Source of the DNA: Squalus acanthias | Lineage: Eukaryota | Length of the DNA stretch: 64,000 nt | Direction: 5' to 3' | Assembly: GCA_030390025.1 (NCBI GenBank) | Contig: CM059433.1 | Location: 16,990,001-17,054,000, forward strand | Shown here: one piece after another, positions 11,347 through 23,990 of the stretch | Layout of the letters: every line of letters starts with the position of its first letter | How positions within the stretch are numbered: position 1 is the first letter of the stretch | Translations under genes and position numbers: made by a program | The notes under the pieces: model-generated | The model's database searches: none | Told to the model about the DNA's origin: nothing | The model's input: only the letters and a program-made list of their open reading frames with translations

Positions 11347-13182
11347 ACAAAAGCAAAATACTGCGGATGCTGGAAATCTGAAATAAAACCAGAAAATGCT
11401 GGAAATACTCAGCGGGTCAGGCAGCATCTGTGGAGAGAGAAACAGAGTTAACGTTTCAGGTCGATGACCCTTCATCAAAACTGGAAAAAGCTGGAGATGG
11501 AACTGGTTTTTAAGCAAGTGTAGGGACAGGGAAAGGGGGAAGGAGAGGAAAGATCAAAAGGGAAGGTCTGTGATAGGATGGAAGGCAGGTGAGATTAAGA
11601 GACATTAAGAGATGGTGTAAGGCAAAAGGAGATGGGAATGGGACAAGTTAAGAAACAAAAGATGGCTCCAGATGAAGTGTAAAAAAAAAATAATAAATAA
11701 AATGAATGGAAAAAAAAAGAATAGGGGCAGAGGGTATGGTCTGAAATTGTTGAACTCTATGTTGAGTTCAGAAGGCTGTAAAGTGCCTAATCGAAAGATG
11801 AGATGCTGTTCCTCAAGCTTATGTTGAGCTTCATTGGAACAGTGTAAGAGGCTGAGGATGGTGAGGTCTGAGTGGGAGTGGAGCGGAGAATTAAAGTGAC
11901 AGACGACCGGAAGCTCGGGGTCACCCTTACCCTTACGGACTGAATGGAGGTGTTCCGCAAAGTGATCACCCAATCTGCGTTTCGTCTCCCCAATGTAGAG
12001 GAGACCGCATCATGAGCAGCGAATACAGTATACTAAATTGCAAGAAGTACAAGTAAATCGCTGTTTCACCTGGAAGGAGTGTTTGGGGCCCTGGACAGTG
12101 GGAAAGGTGGAGGTAAAAGGGCATGTGTTGCATCTCCTGCGCTTGCATGGGAAGGTGCCGGATGAAGGGGAAGGGGTTTTGGGGGTGTTAGAGGAGTGGA
12201 CCAGGGTGTCGTGGAGGGAACAGTCCCTTCGGAATGCTGAAAGGGGAGGTGAGGGGAAGATGTGTTTGGTGGTGGGATCACGCTGGAGGTGGCGGAAATG
12301 GCTGAGGATGATCCGTCGAATATGGAGGCTGGTGGGGTGAAAGGTGAGGACAAGGGGAACCCTATCGTGGTTCTGGGAGGTGGGGAAGGGGTGAGAGCAG
12401 AAGTGCGGGAAATAGAATGGACACGGTCAAGGGCCGTGTCAACCACAGTAGAGGGGAATCCTCGGTTAAGGAAAAAGGAAGACATGTCGGAAGCACTGGT
12501 ATGGAAGGTGGCATCGTCAGAGCAGATGCGGCGGAGACGGAGAAACTGGGAGAATGGAATAGAGTCCTTACAGGAAGCAGGGTGGGAGGAAGTGTAGTCC
12601 AGGTAGCTGTGGGAGTCAGTGGGCTTGTAGTGAATGTTTGTCAATAGCCTATCCCCAGAGATGGAGACAGAGAAGTCGAGGAAGGGAAGGGAAGAGTTGG
12701 AAATGGACCATGTGAAGGTGAGGGAATGGTGGAAATTGGAAGCAAAGTGAATGAAATTTTCTAGTTCAGGGCGAGAGCAGGAAACAGCACCGATACAGTC
12801 ATCAATGTACCGGAAAAAGAGGTGAGGGAGGGGACCTGAGTAGGAACTGGAACAAAGAATGTTCCACATATCCCACAAAAAGGCAGGCATAGCTGGGACC
12901 CATGCGGGTTCCCATAGCAACACCTTTAATTTGGAGGAAGTGAGTGGAGTCAAAGGAGAAGTTGTTCAATGTGAGAACAAGTTCAGCTAGGCAGAGGAGG
13001 GTGGTGGTGGATGGGGACTGGTTGGGCCTCTGTTCAAGGAAGAAGCGGAGCGCCCTCAGGTCATCCTGGTGGGGGATGGAGGTGTAGAGGGATTGGACGT
13101 CCATAGTAAAAAGGAGACGGTTGGGGCCAGGAAATTGGATACTGTTAAAGTGACAGAGGGTGTCGGAAGAGTCGCGGATGTA
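11347..13182 (-). mobile_element. 5'-truncated Penelope-like retroelement (RT plus GIY-YIG endonuclease, frameshifted)
   Basis: Fragments LFTMDVQSLYTSIPH, QIKGVAMGTRMGPSYACLF, FFRYIDD, YKPTDSHSYL..IPFSQFLRLRRICS, then GDHFAEHL..PVVCHFNS..EEQHLIFRLGTLQPSELN. Terminal repeat carries a degenerate hammerhead (TTGATGA core) at 11446-11482. Confidence 0.92.
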
Positions 13183-13445
13183 TCCTACCCTGCACCAAGA
13201 CCCTCTCAGCTGCAATCAGAAGAGATGGCTCTCTCCAACCTGGCACCACAGCCCTCCACAGCAGCATTCTGAGCATCCATGACAAAAGCACAGACTGTCC
13301 TTAAGCATCTGTCACAGGCAGCCTCACTGCAGATGTCCCTGGAGCTGCCAATTGCTCCAGGGTGAACTGTATTACTCCAAACCAGTGCATCAGGGTGCTG
13401 CAGATGCAGCTAGTGGGCTCACAATGTCAGGCACCATCCCCAGTG

Positions 13446-14322
13446 CCTACACATATGTTTATTCCTCCAATTAAATATTGGGAAGATCGAAGCCGTTGTC
13501 TTTAGACCATGCCACGAATTTTATTCACTTGCCACCGATTCCATCCCCCTCACTGGCAACTTCCTCAGGCTGAACCAGTCTGTTCACAACCTCGGCGTCC
13601 TATTTGACCCTATACTGCGCTTCGTGCCCCATATCTTCTCCATCACAAAGGTGGCCTACTTCCACCTCTGTAATATTGCCCGTCTCCACCCCTGCCTCAG
13701 CTTATCTGCTGCTAATATCCTCATCCATGCCTTTGTTACCTCCAGACTCAACTATTCCAATGATCTCCTGGCTGGCCTCCCACCTTCCACCCTCCGTAAA
13801 CTTGAGCTCATCCCAAACTCTGCTGGCTGTATCCTACCCCGCACCAAGACCCTCTCAGCCATAACCCCTGTGCTTGCTGACCTACATTGGCCCTCGGTCC
13901 GGCAATGCCTTGATTTCAAAATTCTCATCCTCATGTGCAAATCCCTCCATGACCTCGCCCCTCCCTATCTCTATAACCTTCTCCAGCCCTACAACCCTCC
14001 AAGAGCTCTGCGCTCCTCCAACTCTGGCCTCTTGTTCATCCCCCACTGCCCTCACCCCACCATTGGCGGCCCTGCCTTCAACCGTATCGGCCCTAAGTTC
14101 TGGAAATCCCTCCTTAAATCTCTCCGCCTCTCTCTCCTGCTTTAAGACTCTCCTTAAAACCTACCTTTTAAACCAAGATTTTAGTCATCTGTCCAAATAT
14201 CTCATTCTTTGGTTCGGTATCAATTTATGTCTGATTATACTCTTATTATAACACTCCTGTGATGCACCTTGGGATGTTTTACTAGGTTAAACGTGTCACA
14301 AAAATGCAAGCTGTTGTTGTTG
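13446..14322 (+). mobile_element. L2 LINE 3' fragment
   Basis: AYFHLCNIARL..LIHAFVTSRLNYSN..LHW..DFKIL motifs; (GTT)n tail. Confidence 0.9.
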
Positions 14323-14611
14323 CTGCTCTGGAAGCATTCTTGTTTTTCAAAGCAGGACCCACGAGATCTGGGTCCTTGGCATTTTAAATGAGGGGAACCA
14401 TGTCCTCACCTTCCAGGCAGTAACCTCCTCATGTTCCATCCCAGCTCCTCCTACGACCCACTGATGCTCTATGCATTGCCCTGTGCACTCCTCTCTGCAC
14501 ACCTGAAACGCCACTTCCTTCACCCGCCCAGCGCATCGTGATGGGAACAGTTGGTAAGCAGCTTTCAGAAGTGGGATTTAAAGGGATCCTCACCTCCATT
14601 AAGGTAAAAAA

Positions 14612-14700
14612 GTGAGAAGTCGCACAACACCAGGTTATAATCCAACAGTTTTATTTTAAATCACAAGCTTTCGGAGCTGCTGCTCCTTCGTCAGGTGAAG
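14612..14700 (-). mobile_element. Solo Penelope family A terminal-repeat fragment with intact hammerhead (14661-14698)
   Basis: Minus strand TCAC-CTGACGA-A-GGAGC(agca)GCTCC-GAAA-GCTT-GTGA; matches 40588-40675. Confidence 0.8.
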
Positions 14701-15439
14701 GTTTGGTTAGTCATTTTAGGCTACTTGGGTGCTTTTGGGATCGAATCTTTGGCTGTTTTGGCCATTGTGGCTGTTAAATAGCTTTGCAAAGTCCATTTGT
14801 GGAGGACTACAACTGTTTCCCTGAATTTTCTTGTTCAGAATAGTTGAACACGAGCATGCCGCTGGGCTTACCTTTGATGCTCCCAAATGAGGAGAAGGAG
14901 CAGCAGACAGGAAAGCAGCAAATACCTGCACAAAAAGAGGGTGAAGGAAGCATTACAGCATGCAGGTTCTCAGGAACTGATCATCAGAGTGTGCATTGCC
15001 CAACAGTAGGGGATGCACTGCGCTGCCTGTGGCCGTGAAGGTCACCGTGGCTCTAAACTTTTATGCCTCTGGGTCTTTCCAAACATCCCAAGGCGCTTCA
15101 CAGGAGCACTATCAAACAAAATTTTACACCAAGCCACATTAATACTGAAGACAAACTTCAAAGCAAGTTGGGCTCTTCCTCGCTAGGTGTATCTGCTAAG
15201 TAATATCAGGGAGCAGGTAGGCAAACTTTACTTTGCAGTGGAAGCAAAATGCACCTGTTACTATCTCAGGAAAGCTTTGTTTTGTAGGTTTAACTGTTAT
15301 ACTGAGGGATTGTTATAGAGTGCTAATTGTGTTGTGTCGACATACATCAAGAGTGCTGTGGTGAAAACCTACACTCATTTTTGTTATGAAAACTAAATTT
15401 ACTGACAAAATATTAATCTATGCTTAGTCTGATATTATA

Positions 15440-17690
15440 GGCTTGCATTTATATAGCGCCTTTGAAGTAGTAAAATATCCCAAGGCACTTCACAAGAGCA
15501 CCATCAAACAAAATTTGACACGAGGCACATAAGGAGATATTAGGACAGGCGTCTTAAAGGAGAGAGAGGTAGGTAAGTGGAGAGGCTTAGGGGGGGAATT
15601 CCAGAGCTTAGGACTCAGGCAGCTGAAGGCACAGCAGCCAATGGTGGAGCGATTCAAATCAGGGATGTGGAAGAGGCCAGAATTGGAGGAGCGCAGAGGT
15701 CTTGGAGGGTTGTAGGGCTGGAGGAGGTTACAGAGATAGGGAGGGGGCGAGGCCATGGAGGGATTTGAAAACATGGATGAGAATTTTAAAATTGAGGTGT
15801 TGCCGGACCGGAAGCCAATGTAGGTCAGCGAGCACAGGGGAGATGGGTGAATGGGACTTGTACGAGTTAGGATATGGGCAGCAGAGTTTTTGAATGAGCT
15901 TAAGTTTAAGGAGGGTGCAAGCTGGGAGACTGGCCAGGAGAGCATTGGAATAGTCGAGCCTAGAGGTAACAAAAGCATGGATGAGGGTTTCAGCAGCGGA
16001 TGAGCTGAGGCAGAGATGGAGATGGGCAATGTTACGGAGGTGGAAGTAGGCGGTCTTGGTGATGGCGAAGATACGAGATTGGAAGCGCAGCTCGGTGTCA
16101 AATAGGACAGCACGTTGTGAACAGTCTGGTTCAGCCACAGACAGTAGCCAGGGACGGAGATGGAGCTGATGGCTAGGGAAAGGAGTAAGTGGCGGGGACT
16201 GAAGACAATGCCTGCGGTCTTCCCAGTATTTAACTGGAGGAAATTTCTGCTCATCCAGTACTGGATTTCGACAAGCAACGTGAGAAATCAGAGACAGTGG
16301 AGGGGGGTCGAAAGAGGTGGTGGTGAGGTAGAGATGGGTGACATCAGTGTATATGTGGAAGCTGACGTTGTGTTTTCGGATGATGTCACCGAAGGGCAGC
16401 ATGTAGATGAGAAATAGGAAGGGGACAAGCAATGTTCCCTCTGATTTATTTTTGTGCGCGGTCCAGTTAAATTTGCTGCGTGGTTTCTCTTTCGGGAGCA
16501 GGAGCTGGTGAGCGGCCTGAGTGGGATCTCACGATTGTTGCGTGGCCGTGTGGCCATGCACCTTAGTGGGGACATTGGGGCCAAGGTGAGATCCTTGTGG
16601 GACTCCAGAGGTAACAGTGTGGGAGCGGGAAGAGAAGCCATTGCAGGTGATTCTCTAGCTACGATGGATAAATAAGAATGGAACCAGGAGAGGGCAATCC
16701 CACCCAGCTGGACAATGGAGGAGAAGCATTGGAGGAGGATGGTGTGGTCAACCGTGTCAAAGGCTGCAGAGAGGTCAAAAAGATGAGGAAGGATAGTTTA
16801 CTATGGTCACAGTCACATAGGATGTCATTTGTGACTTTGATAAGGGCTGTTTCACTGGTGTGACTGGGGCGGAAATCTGATTGGAAGAGTTCAAACATGG
16901 AGTTGCAGGAAAGATGGACATGGATTTGGGAGGCGACAACATGTTCAAGGACTTTCGGGAGGAATGGGAGATTGGAGGTGGGGCGGTATTTTGCAAGCAC
17001 AGAGGGGTCAAGCGTGGGTTTTTTGAGGAGTTGGTGATGGCGGCAGATTTGAACAGGAGGGGGACAGTACCTGAGGAGAGGGAACGATTAACAATATCAG
17101 TAACTTGGGGGCCAGGAAGGGAAGTTGGGTGGTCAGCAGTTTGTTGGGCATAGGGCCGAGGGAGCAGGAGGTGGGGCTCATGGACAAGATGAGCTTGGAG
17201 AGAGCACAGGAGAGAAACTAGAGAAAGATGTGAGTTCATGGCTAGGGCAGGGGGAAGCCTTAGGAGAAGTTTGACTTGGTGGTGGGCTAGGGGAAGGGAG
17301 GGAAGCAGCAGAGGCAGCTGATCAGATGGTCTTAATCTTAGTAACAAAATAGTCCATGAGCACTTGTTGTTGGAGGTGAGGGCAGAGGGGCCAGGCAGTT
17401 TAAGAAGACGGTTTGCAGTAGAGAAAGAAAGCCAGGGATTATTTTTGCTTTCCAGGATGATGCTGGAATAATGAGCAGGTTTGGTAGAAGAGAGCTGGCT
17501 TTTTGAAGTGCAGCCAGATCTGGTGATGAATGGCTAAACCAGATGCCCGCCAGAAACATTCAAGTCTGCGTCCTTAGACATGAGGGAGTGGAGATGGGTG
17601 CTGTACCAGGGGGACCAACCAGCATGAGAGAGAGGGTAAGCATTTTACTCAGGACAAGGGCATTAAAGGTCGAGGTGAGGGTGTGATTGA
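15440..17690 (-). mobile_element. L2 LINE, about 2.2-kb decayed ORF2
   Basis: YRPTSNLPFLPKVLE, FQSDFRPSHTSETALIKVTNDIL, FHIYTD, AFVTSRLDYSNALL, LHWLPV motifs across frameshifts. Confidence 0.9.
16430..16577. mobile_element. hAT-type MITE inserted in L2
   Basis: TIRs CAATGTTCCCTCT / AGTGGGGACATTG; 8-bp TSD GGGACAAG / GGGCCAAG (one mismatch). Confidence 0.75.
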
Positions 17691-17739
17691 GCAGATCGGT
17701 AGCTGCAGAAATGTCATGGCTGAATGACACGACAACAGT

Positions 17740-18150
17740 TGATTATCTTCCCCATGGAGGCTGACAAACAGCAAGAAAGAGCACTGGGATTTGCCCGCAT
17801 TACTCGATTCCCACAAGTGAGGGGGAATAGATTGAACGCACTTAGCTCTGCATGTTTCCCATCAAGAACTAGAACTAGGGCTTCCATTTGCTAAATGTGC
17901 AACGTGTTTGTTGGCAGCGAGACATGCAGGTCTGTGCCCAGTTTCCTGGCAGTAGTCACGACATTTTCATACTGATTTTCATATTGAGACAGTCCTCAAT
18001 ACCTCCTCTGTTCCACCGAGATTATCGGATGGCAGGCTGGCTTCTGGGGGATAAGGGGTATCTTCTCACCAACTGGCTCGTGACTCCCATCAGGAACCCA
18101 GGCACAGACCCCGAGTTCTGACATAATGAGAGCCATGCATCAACAAGTGT
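17740..18150 (+). pseudogene. Harbinger/HARBI1-like DDE transposase remnant
   Basis: IIFP..QQERALGFARITRFPQVRG.ID.THLAL ... LNVQRVC..AQFPGSSHD..LLGDKGY..WLVTPIRNP, with frameshifts and stops. Confidence 0.85.
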
Positions 18151-18199
18151 TCTCCTGCACACTTGTGCGAGGTGAATCTCCACGTTTAGACTCCTCTAG

Positions 18200-19935
18200 C
18201 CTACCCTCTGAACCACAAGCAGTACCAATCTCTGAGATGGTGTCTGCAAGTCGAGTGATGCTTCCTGTTCAGCAGTGCTAACCTTTTCTTCTTCTTCCTC
18301 TTCTCTCTGTGGTCAGTGTGCATCTTCTGCACCTGAAAAGTAAGATAGGGAGAAGAGTTAGCATTTAGTGGCATGGGTAAGCAAAGACAAATGAGTGGCT
18401 TCTGAAAACAGCTGCAATCTGAAATACAGCACCTGCAAAGGTGAGATTCATAGTAAGAAGGGAAGGAAGGGAATATTGTTAAAAACTTTACAGAACTTGT
18501 CCTCCAGCCTCACCAGACACCACATTCCTGACTCAACCCCACTCATGATGTCTATGTTCTGCTCTTCAAGTGGGGATAACACATGAATGAAGCATGGCCC
18601 TCCTCCTGTGGCTGCCTTTTAAAAAAAAAATGTATTTGTTTTTCTGGGATGTGGGCGTCGCTGGCAAGGCCAGCATTTATTGCCCATCCCTAATTGCTCT
18701 TAATAAGGTGGTGGTGAGCCGCCTTCTTGAACTGCTGCAGTCTGTGTGTTGAAGGTACTCCCACAGTGCTGTTAGGTAGGGAGTTCCAGGATTTTGACCC
18801 AGCGACGATAAAGGATCGGCGATATTTCCAAGTCAGGATGGTGTGTGACTTGGAGGGGAACTTGGAGGTGGTGGTGTTCCCATGCACCTGCTGCCCTTGT
18901 CCTTCTAGGTGGAAGAGGTCGCAGGTTTGGGAGGTGCTGCCGAAGAAGCCTTGGCGAGTTGCTGCAGTGCATCTTGTAGATGGTACACACTGCAGCCACG
19001 ATACGCCGGTGGTGGAGGGAGTGAATGTTTACGGTGGTAGAGCGGGTGCCAATCAAGCGGGCTGCTTTGTCCTGGATGGTGCTGAGCTTCTTGAGTGTTG
19101 TTGGAGCTGCACTCATCCAGGCAAGTGGAGAGTATTCCATCACACTCCTTTCTTGTGCCTTGTAGATGGTGGAAAGGCTTTGGGGAGTCAAGAGGTGAGA
19201 CACTCGCCTTAGAATACCTAGCCTCTGACCTGCTCTTGTCGCCACAGTATTTATGTGGCTGGTCCAGTTAAGTTTCTGATCAATGGTGACCCCCAGGATG
19301 TTGATGGTGGGGGATTCAGCGATGACCTGCTTGTTGTTATTGTGTACAACCTTGTTCTGCAAGAATGAAGGAAGTGAATCAATGTTAGAGTAATGAGAAG
19401 TTCGATGACGTGCAAGTGAGGGTAGAATAGTGTTGTTGGAGTGCACAAGATGGCAGAGGTGTGAGGAGGTTGTGAAGGAAGCAACAGTGAGGACAATAGC
19501 AGGTACAGAGTGCTGCAATAGGAGCAGAAGGAGGTGCAGTGATGTGCTGCAGTGATTGGAGGAGAGTGCTGATAATCGGGCAGGGGAGTGAGTGCTGGGG
19601 TAATGCAAGGCTAATCAGAGAGTAATGATAGATATGAGTTAGGAGGCTTAGCTTAGCTGTCCTCGTGATGTCATTGTACTTCTTCCTGCATTGCGGCCAT
19701 GTCCTGGGGCGATACTTCTGATACTGACCTGCTCTGCCACCTCTGCCCACTCACGCCGGGCAGCATGCCTGGAAATCTTCCTGCCGTCTCATGGTTAGAA
19801 AGTGTCCCTCCTCCTGCCGCCCTCCTGCACCAAAACCTCCAAAGCAGTGTTGGAAAACCGGCATGCCCTTGCAGCTTCTCCTGTGCCTGCCATTGTCCAC
19901 AGATAGTTGTCTGCAGCCAAACCGCACCTCCCATT
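18200..19935 (-). pseudogene. Harbinger Myb/SANT DNA-binding gene remnant (3 exons; exon 2 split by a LINE)
   Basis: Exon 1 RFSNTALEVLVQE..WAEVAE..RTWPQCRKKYNDITRTAK. Exon 2 NKVVHN (about 19330-19356) and ATGGGP..LSPLEE (about 18500-18615). Acceptor for a further exon near 18332. Confidence 0.75.
18620..19325 (-). mobile_element. Non-LTR retrotransposon 3' fragment (same family as 22495-23555 and 48548-49452)
   Basis: ILGVTIDQKLNWTSHI..RAGQRLGILRR..MEYSPLAW..WNSLP; highly similar to the other two copies. Confidence 0.88.
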
Positions 19936-20887
19936 TAAGAGGTCCAGGCTGCCTTTAAATCACAATGCGCAAAATTAAGTAATTAATGAGTTGCACGAAT
20001 TTGGGGTCTTCTTTGCAGCCATGTGATCGGGTGATGCTCTGAGCGCGATGTCCATGCAGAGCACAATAACTCACTCAGAGCAATTTCTACCTGGATGTCT
20101 CTGGTTTGATGCCTAGAATGGAAGGAATGCTTGATGGTGCATGTGTGAAGTGCTAACAGGGCTGGAAACAGAAGGGTTTAACTCTTCACCTTCCTCCTCC
20201 TTTGCTTCTTCTTCCTTGCACCTAGAGAAAGAAGGAAACAATTAGAGTGGGTTGTTGAGGCACAGAGTTTGCACGCCACTCTCAGTAAAAGAAGTGACAT
20301 GAGGGTTTCATGATATATTTTGCTTACAGGTAACGTGGGGTACAAAAACATTAGAAGGAAGCGAGGCACAGTAGTGTTTTTAAAAGAAAAGAAGGTGGTT
20401 CATTGCAAATCTGAAGCTGGCACCTGCCCTCCTACTTCTCCATTCCTCCCTATATTGCCTTTCTCTCCTCCAGGAGCACTAGTTCTTCCTTCTCGTAAGG
20501 GGCGAGAGGGTGCAGGTTTTGGGTCCATTGACTGTTCCTGGTCTCTCCCGACTGTTATGTTATGTCTTGCTCCAGAAAGAGAAAGGCACAAGGGCCCAAA
20601 TTAGCTTCAGCAACCATGAAATGCAGTAAAACCGAGGTGTCTGCGTGCAGCCTATAAACATTACTGGCAGCTGAGTGTAACCAGCAATAACGTTCCATGT
20701 GAGGCTTTTATTAGGGTCATTGCATGTAAGGGTGTAAGTGAAGGAACACTTGCATGTGAAGGCTGCGGATGTAAAGGGCACAACTCTACCTCGTGGACAT
20801 TGATGGTAAGCTCTTTCAATGTTTTAAAACAGTGAGGGGAAGGTATGCTTAGTATACTGAATTCTTGAAACATGTGATTAGCTTCTC

Positions 20888-21095
20888 TTACCTTGCCTGA
20901 CCTGGTGCGGTCATTCATTTTTTTATGGCTTTGAGTCATGCTGAGTAATATAATTGTCATTCATTATGCTGTCAACCTGTTTTCATTTCTCTGCTATTGC
21001 TTTCCATGGGGCCCTCTGCCGGTCAGTGCAAAATAGTGTCTTCCTTTTGTTCCAGCCCACCTGCAGAAGTAGATCTGTCTGATATGTTCCAAATC
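20888..21095 (-). pseudogene. Second, older Myb/SANT (Harbinger-type) exon remnant
   Basis: QTDLLLQV..RKTLF..WKAIAEK ... QSHKKMNDRTRSGK followed by donor GTAAG; contains stops and a frameshift. Confidence 0.5.
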
Positions 21096-22494
21096 AAAGT
21101 CCTAAGGAAGGATTTTCCATTCACTTCACACCTGATTACAGGCAGATGGGGTGGGAGTGGGGGGGGGGGGGTGGCGTTGGGCAGTGGGCTGATCCACCCA
21201 CACACTGATGATCACCATCACATTTCTGGGATTTGATACTGGATGTAATGACGAATGGAAGGAGGTCATATGTCACATTTTCCATTATTGTCGCCATAGC
21301 AATGCTGCACACAAGGATCACAAGCATGTCACCAGCAAACAGCAATGTGATGGATTGCAGAAGAAGATTAATACGTTAAAAAAAAAGTCTCATTGAGGAC
21401 TGCAGGGTGAGCAACTGCACTCCCTCTGCCAAAATATTTTATTATTGGTTGTTTTTGAAAAGCTGGCACTCCTTTGCAGCTTTCCCTGTGGTAGCTGGCC
21501 TTGCTCTGCTATTGCAGGTGTCCAAGGGCTGCAGTAGCCATTTCCTCCCCACCCACCCCCCCCCCCCCCCCCCCCCGCCCCACCTCCCCTTCCCCTACAG
21601 GTGGTCTCCCCGGCACAGACGGGAAGCCCACCAGGAGCCCACCAAAGTATTTTGGAAATGAGGCTGGCCCGGTGGGGATGATGGGCAGTCACAAACCACT
21701 GCCATGATGGCTTCACACTGTGTTTCCGCCAAAGCAGAAACTCCCATCTCAGGTTTGCAGCAAAAATCTCTTCTGATGATGCTTCGCCCCTGTAACCCAC
21801 TGCAAGCACTTAGGTCCTGCAGCAACACGTTGTTCCTGTTCCCCTCAAATGGACAAGCTTCCAATGAAAGGCATTTCTAATGCCTTGGAGCCTGCCCAGG
21901 ATAGTCAAGTCAAGCTGACCTTGAAAAATATGTTGGCAGAAACACTCGTGCAGTTGACAAAAACCCAAGGTAGTAAGTTTGGTCTGGTTGGTATTTTTCA
22001 AAACGAAAATAGCCAATGTCATGGTCAAGCTTTGGTTCTAATACTACTTCATTGACCTGCTGCACTGGCAGAGCAATCAACATTGGATAAATCCTGGTTC
22101 GATAACATGTTGAAGAAAAGATTCCCGGTTTAACTTTCACAATTGATTTGTTCCACTTCCTCTGTTGCAGCAAGTTATTTTTTTGGTGGGGAGATTAAAG
22201 TTTGTCCCCTATGGTGTGCTGTTGGCTACTGATTCAACATCTTTATGCCACTGGTGCTTTGGAAATGATGATCTGTTGAGATCTATTCTGACAATAATAA
22301 AGATGCCATCATGTTCACTTCATACAGCAGCAGTTAAATCTTGTAGCTCTAGTAGTGTTACAATTGCTCGCCTGTCCCAAATAAACCTTCTAAAGAAAGT
22401 TTTACATGGCCATTAGTTGGGTCTTTCATTGGGTTCCAGCCAGGACTTTGGGGTGCTTTCAAAAGAGCTGAAGCTGGATGGAGGCAAGATTTTT

Positions 22495-23555
22495 CTTTTT
22501 ATTCGCTAATGGGATGTGGGCATCGCTGGCAAGGCCAGCATTTATTGCCCATCCCTAGTTGCCCTTGAGAAGGTGGTGATGAGCCACCTTCTTGAACCGC
22601 TGCAGTCCGTGTGGTGAAGGTACTCCCACAGTGCTGTTAGGTAGGGAGTTCCAGGATTTTGACCCAGCGACGATGAAGGATCGGCGATATACTTCTAAGT
22701 CAGGATGGTGTGTGACTTGGAGGGGAACTTGGAGGTGGTGGTGTTCCCATGCGCCTGCTGCCCTTGTCCTTCTAGGTGGAAGAGGTTGCGGGTTTGGTAG
22801 GTGCTGCCGAAGAAGCCTTGGCGAGTTGCTGCAGTGCATCTTGTAGATGGTACACACTGCAGCCACGGTACGCCAGTGGTGGAGGGAGTGAATGTTTAAG
22901 GTGGTGGATGGGGTGCCATTCAAACGGGCTGCTTTGTCCTGGATGGTGTCAAGCTTCTTGAGTGTTGTTGCAGCTGCACTCATCCAGGCAAGTGGAGAGT
23001 ATTCCATCACTTGTGCCTTGCAGATGGTGGAAAGGCTTTGGGGAGTCAGGAGGTGAGACACTCGCCGCAGAATACCTAGCCTCTGACCTGCTCTTGTTGC
23101 CACAGTATTTATGTGGCTGGTCCAGTTAAGTTTCTGGTCAATGGTGACCCCCAGGATGTTGATGGTGGAGGATTCAGCGATGGTAATGCCGTTGAATGTT
23201 AAGGGGAGATGGTTAGACTCTCGCTTGTTGGAAATAGTCATTGCCTGGCACTTCTGTGGCGCGAATGTTACCTGCCACTTATCAGCCCAAGCCTGAACAT
23301 CATCTAAGTCTTGTTGCATGCGGGCATGGACTGCTTCATTATCTGCGGAGTTGTGAATGGCGCTGAACACTGTGCAGTCATCAGCGAACATCCCCATTTC
23401 TGACCTTATGTTGGAGGGAAGGTCATTGATGAAGCAGCTGAAGATGGTTGGGCCTAGGATACTGCCCTGAGGAACTCCTGCTGCGATGTCCTGGGGCTGT
23501 GATGATTGACCTTCAATCACCACAACCATCTTCCTTTGTGCTAGGTATGACTCTT
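22495..23555 (-). mobile_element. 5'-truncated non-LTR retrotransposon with an open 324-codon RT C-terminal frame
   Basis: ORF 22555-23529 with GVPQGSILGP..FINDL..MFADD..WADKWQVTF..KC motifs (CR1/L2-group RT). Confidence 0.92.
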
Positions 23556-23769
23556 TCTAAATTCCCACACAATTACTCCATTGTCATTGTGGAAAGTCAT
23601 TGTTACTGTGTTGAATGAAAATGAATAAATAATGACAGTGTCAGTGATACCTATCTCCCATATCAAACTGACACCAGTGCAGTCCCAGCCACCAGTGAAT
23701 GTTGATTTACAGTGGCATTGACATGAGAAAATCCAGATCATTGAATCTTTCCATTAAACCGTTACATCT

Positions 23770-23990
23770 GGGAGCTCCCCTGATGGCCTGTGCTGAATTC
23801 GCTAATCTTAGCCAAGGTCTTGGTGGGGAACTGCATCTAGCCTCAGCATATTTGGGCTAAGGAAGGGAAAAAATCAGCTGGGGCGCCTGCTTCTGATTGC
23901 TGTCAACTGATCCCAGTTGGAAAATACACATCTATGGATATCAGATGAAGACATGGCTGTGATGTCATCCACAGCCAAATAGCCTGGCAT
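23770..23990 (+). mobile_element. Old SINE-like repeat fragment (related pieces on the minus strand at about 24985-25230 and 31080-31205)
   Basis: Mutual similarity among the three segments (GCTGA..TAGCT..CT.AGC and GGCCTCAGCA..TTGGG.TA.G.AGGG). Confidence 0.5.

Noticed and set aside
11446..11482. Hammerhead in the family B terminal repeat (also the plus-strand copy at about 40675-40707)
   Set aside because: Core C3 is mutated (TTGATGA) or missing together with stem I, so these are not counted as functional.
20178..20221. Acceptor followed by GARKKKQRRRKVKS* as a host gene last exon
   Set aside because: Lies downstream of a decayed Myb/SANT exon and resembles the purine-rich Harbinger exon near 18330; more likely transposon debris.
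21546..21596. Long poly-C tract (also G-runs near 8461, 8857 and 21158) as G-quadruplex elements
   Set aside because: Simple homopolymer runs of uncertain length with no supporting context.
21700..22490. Coding-like non-repetitive stretch with several 70-140 aa ORFs
   Set aside because: All frames are interrupted, there is no consistent splice structure, and I could not recognise any protein family.
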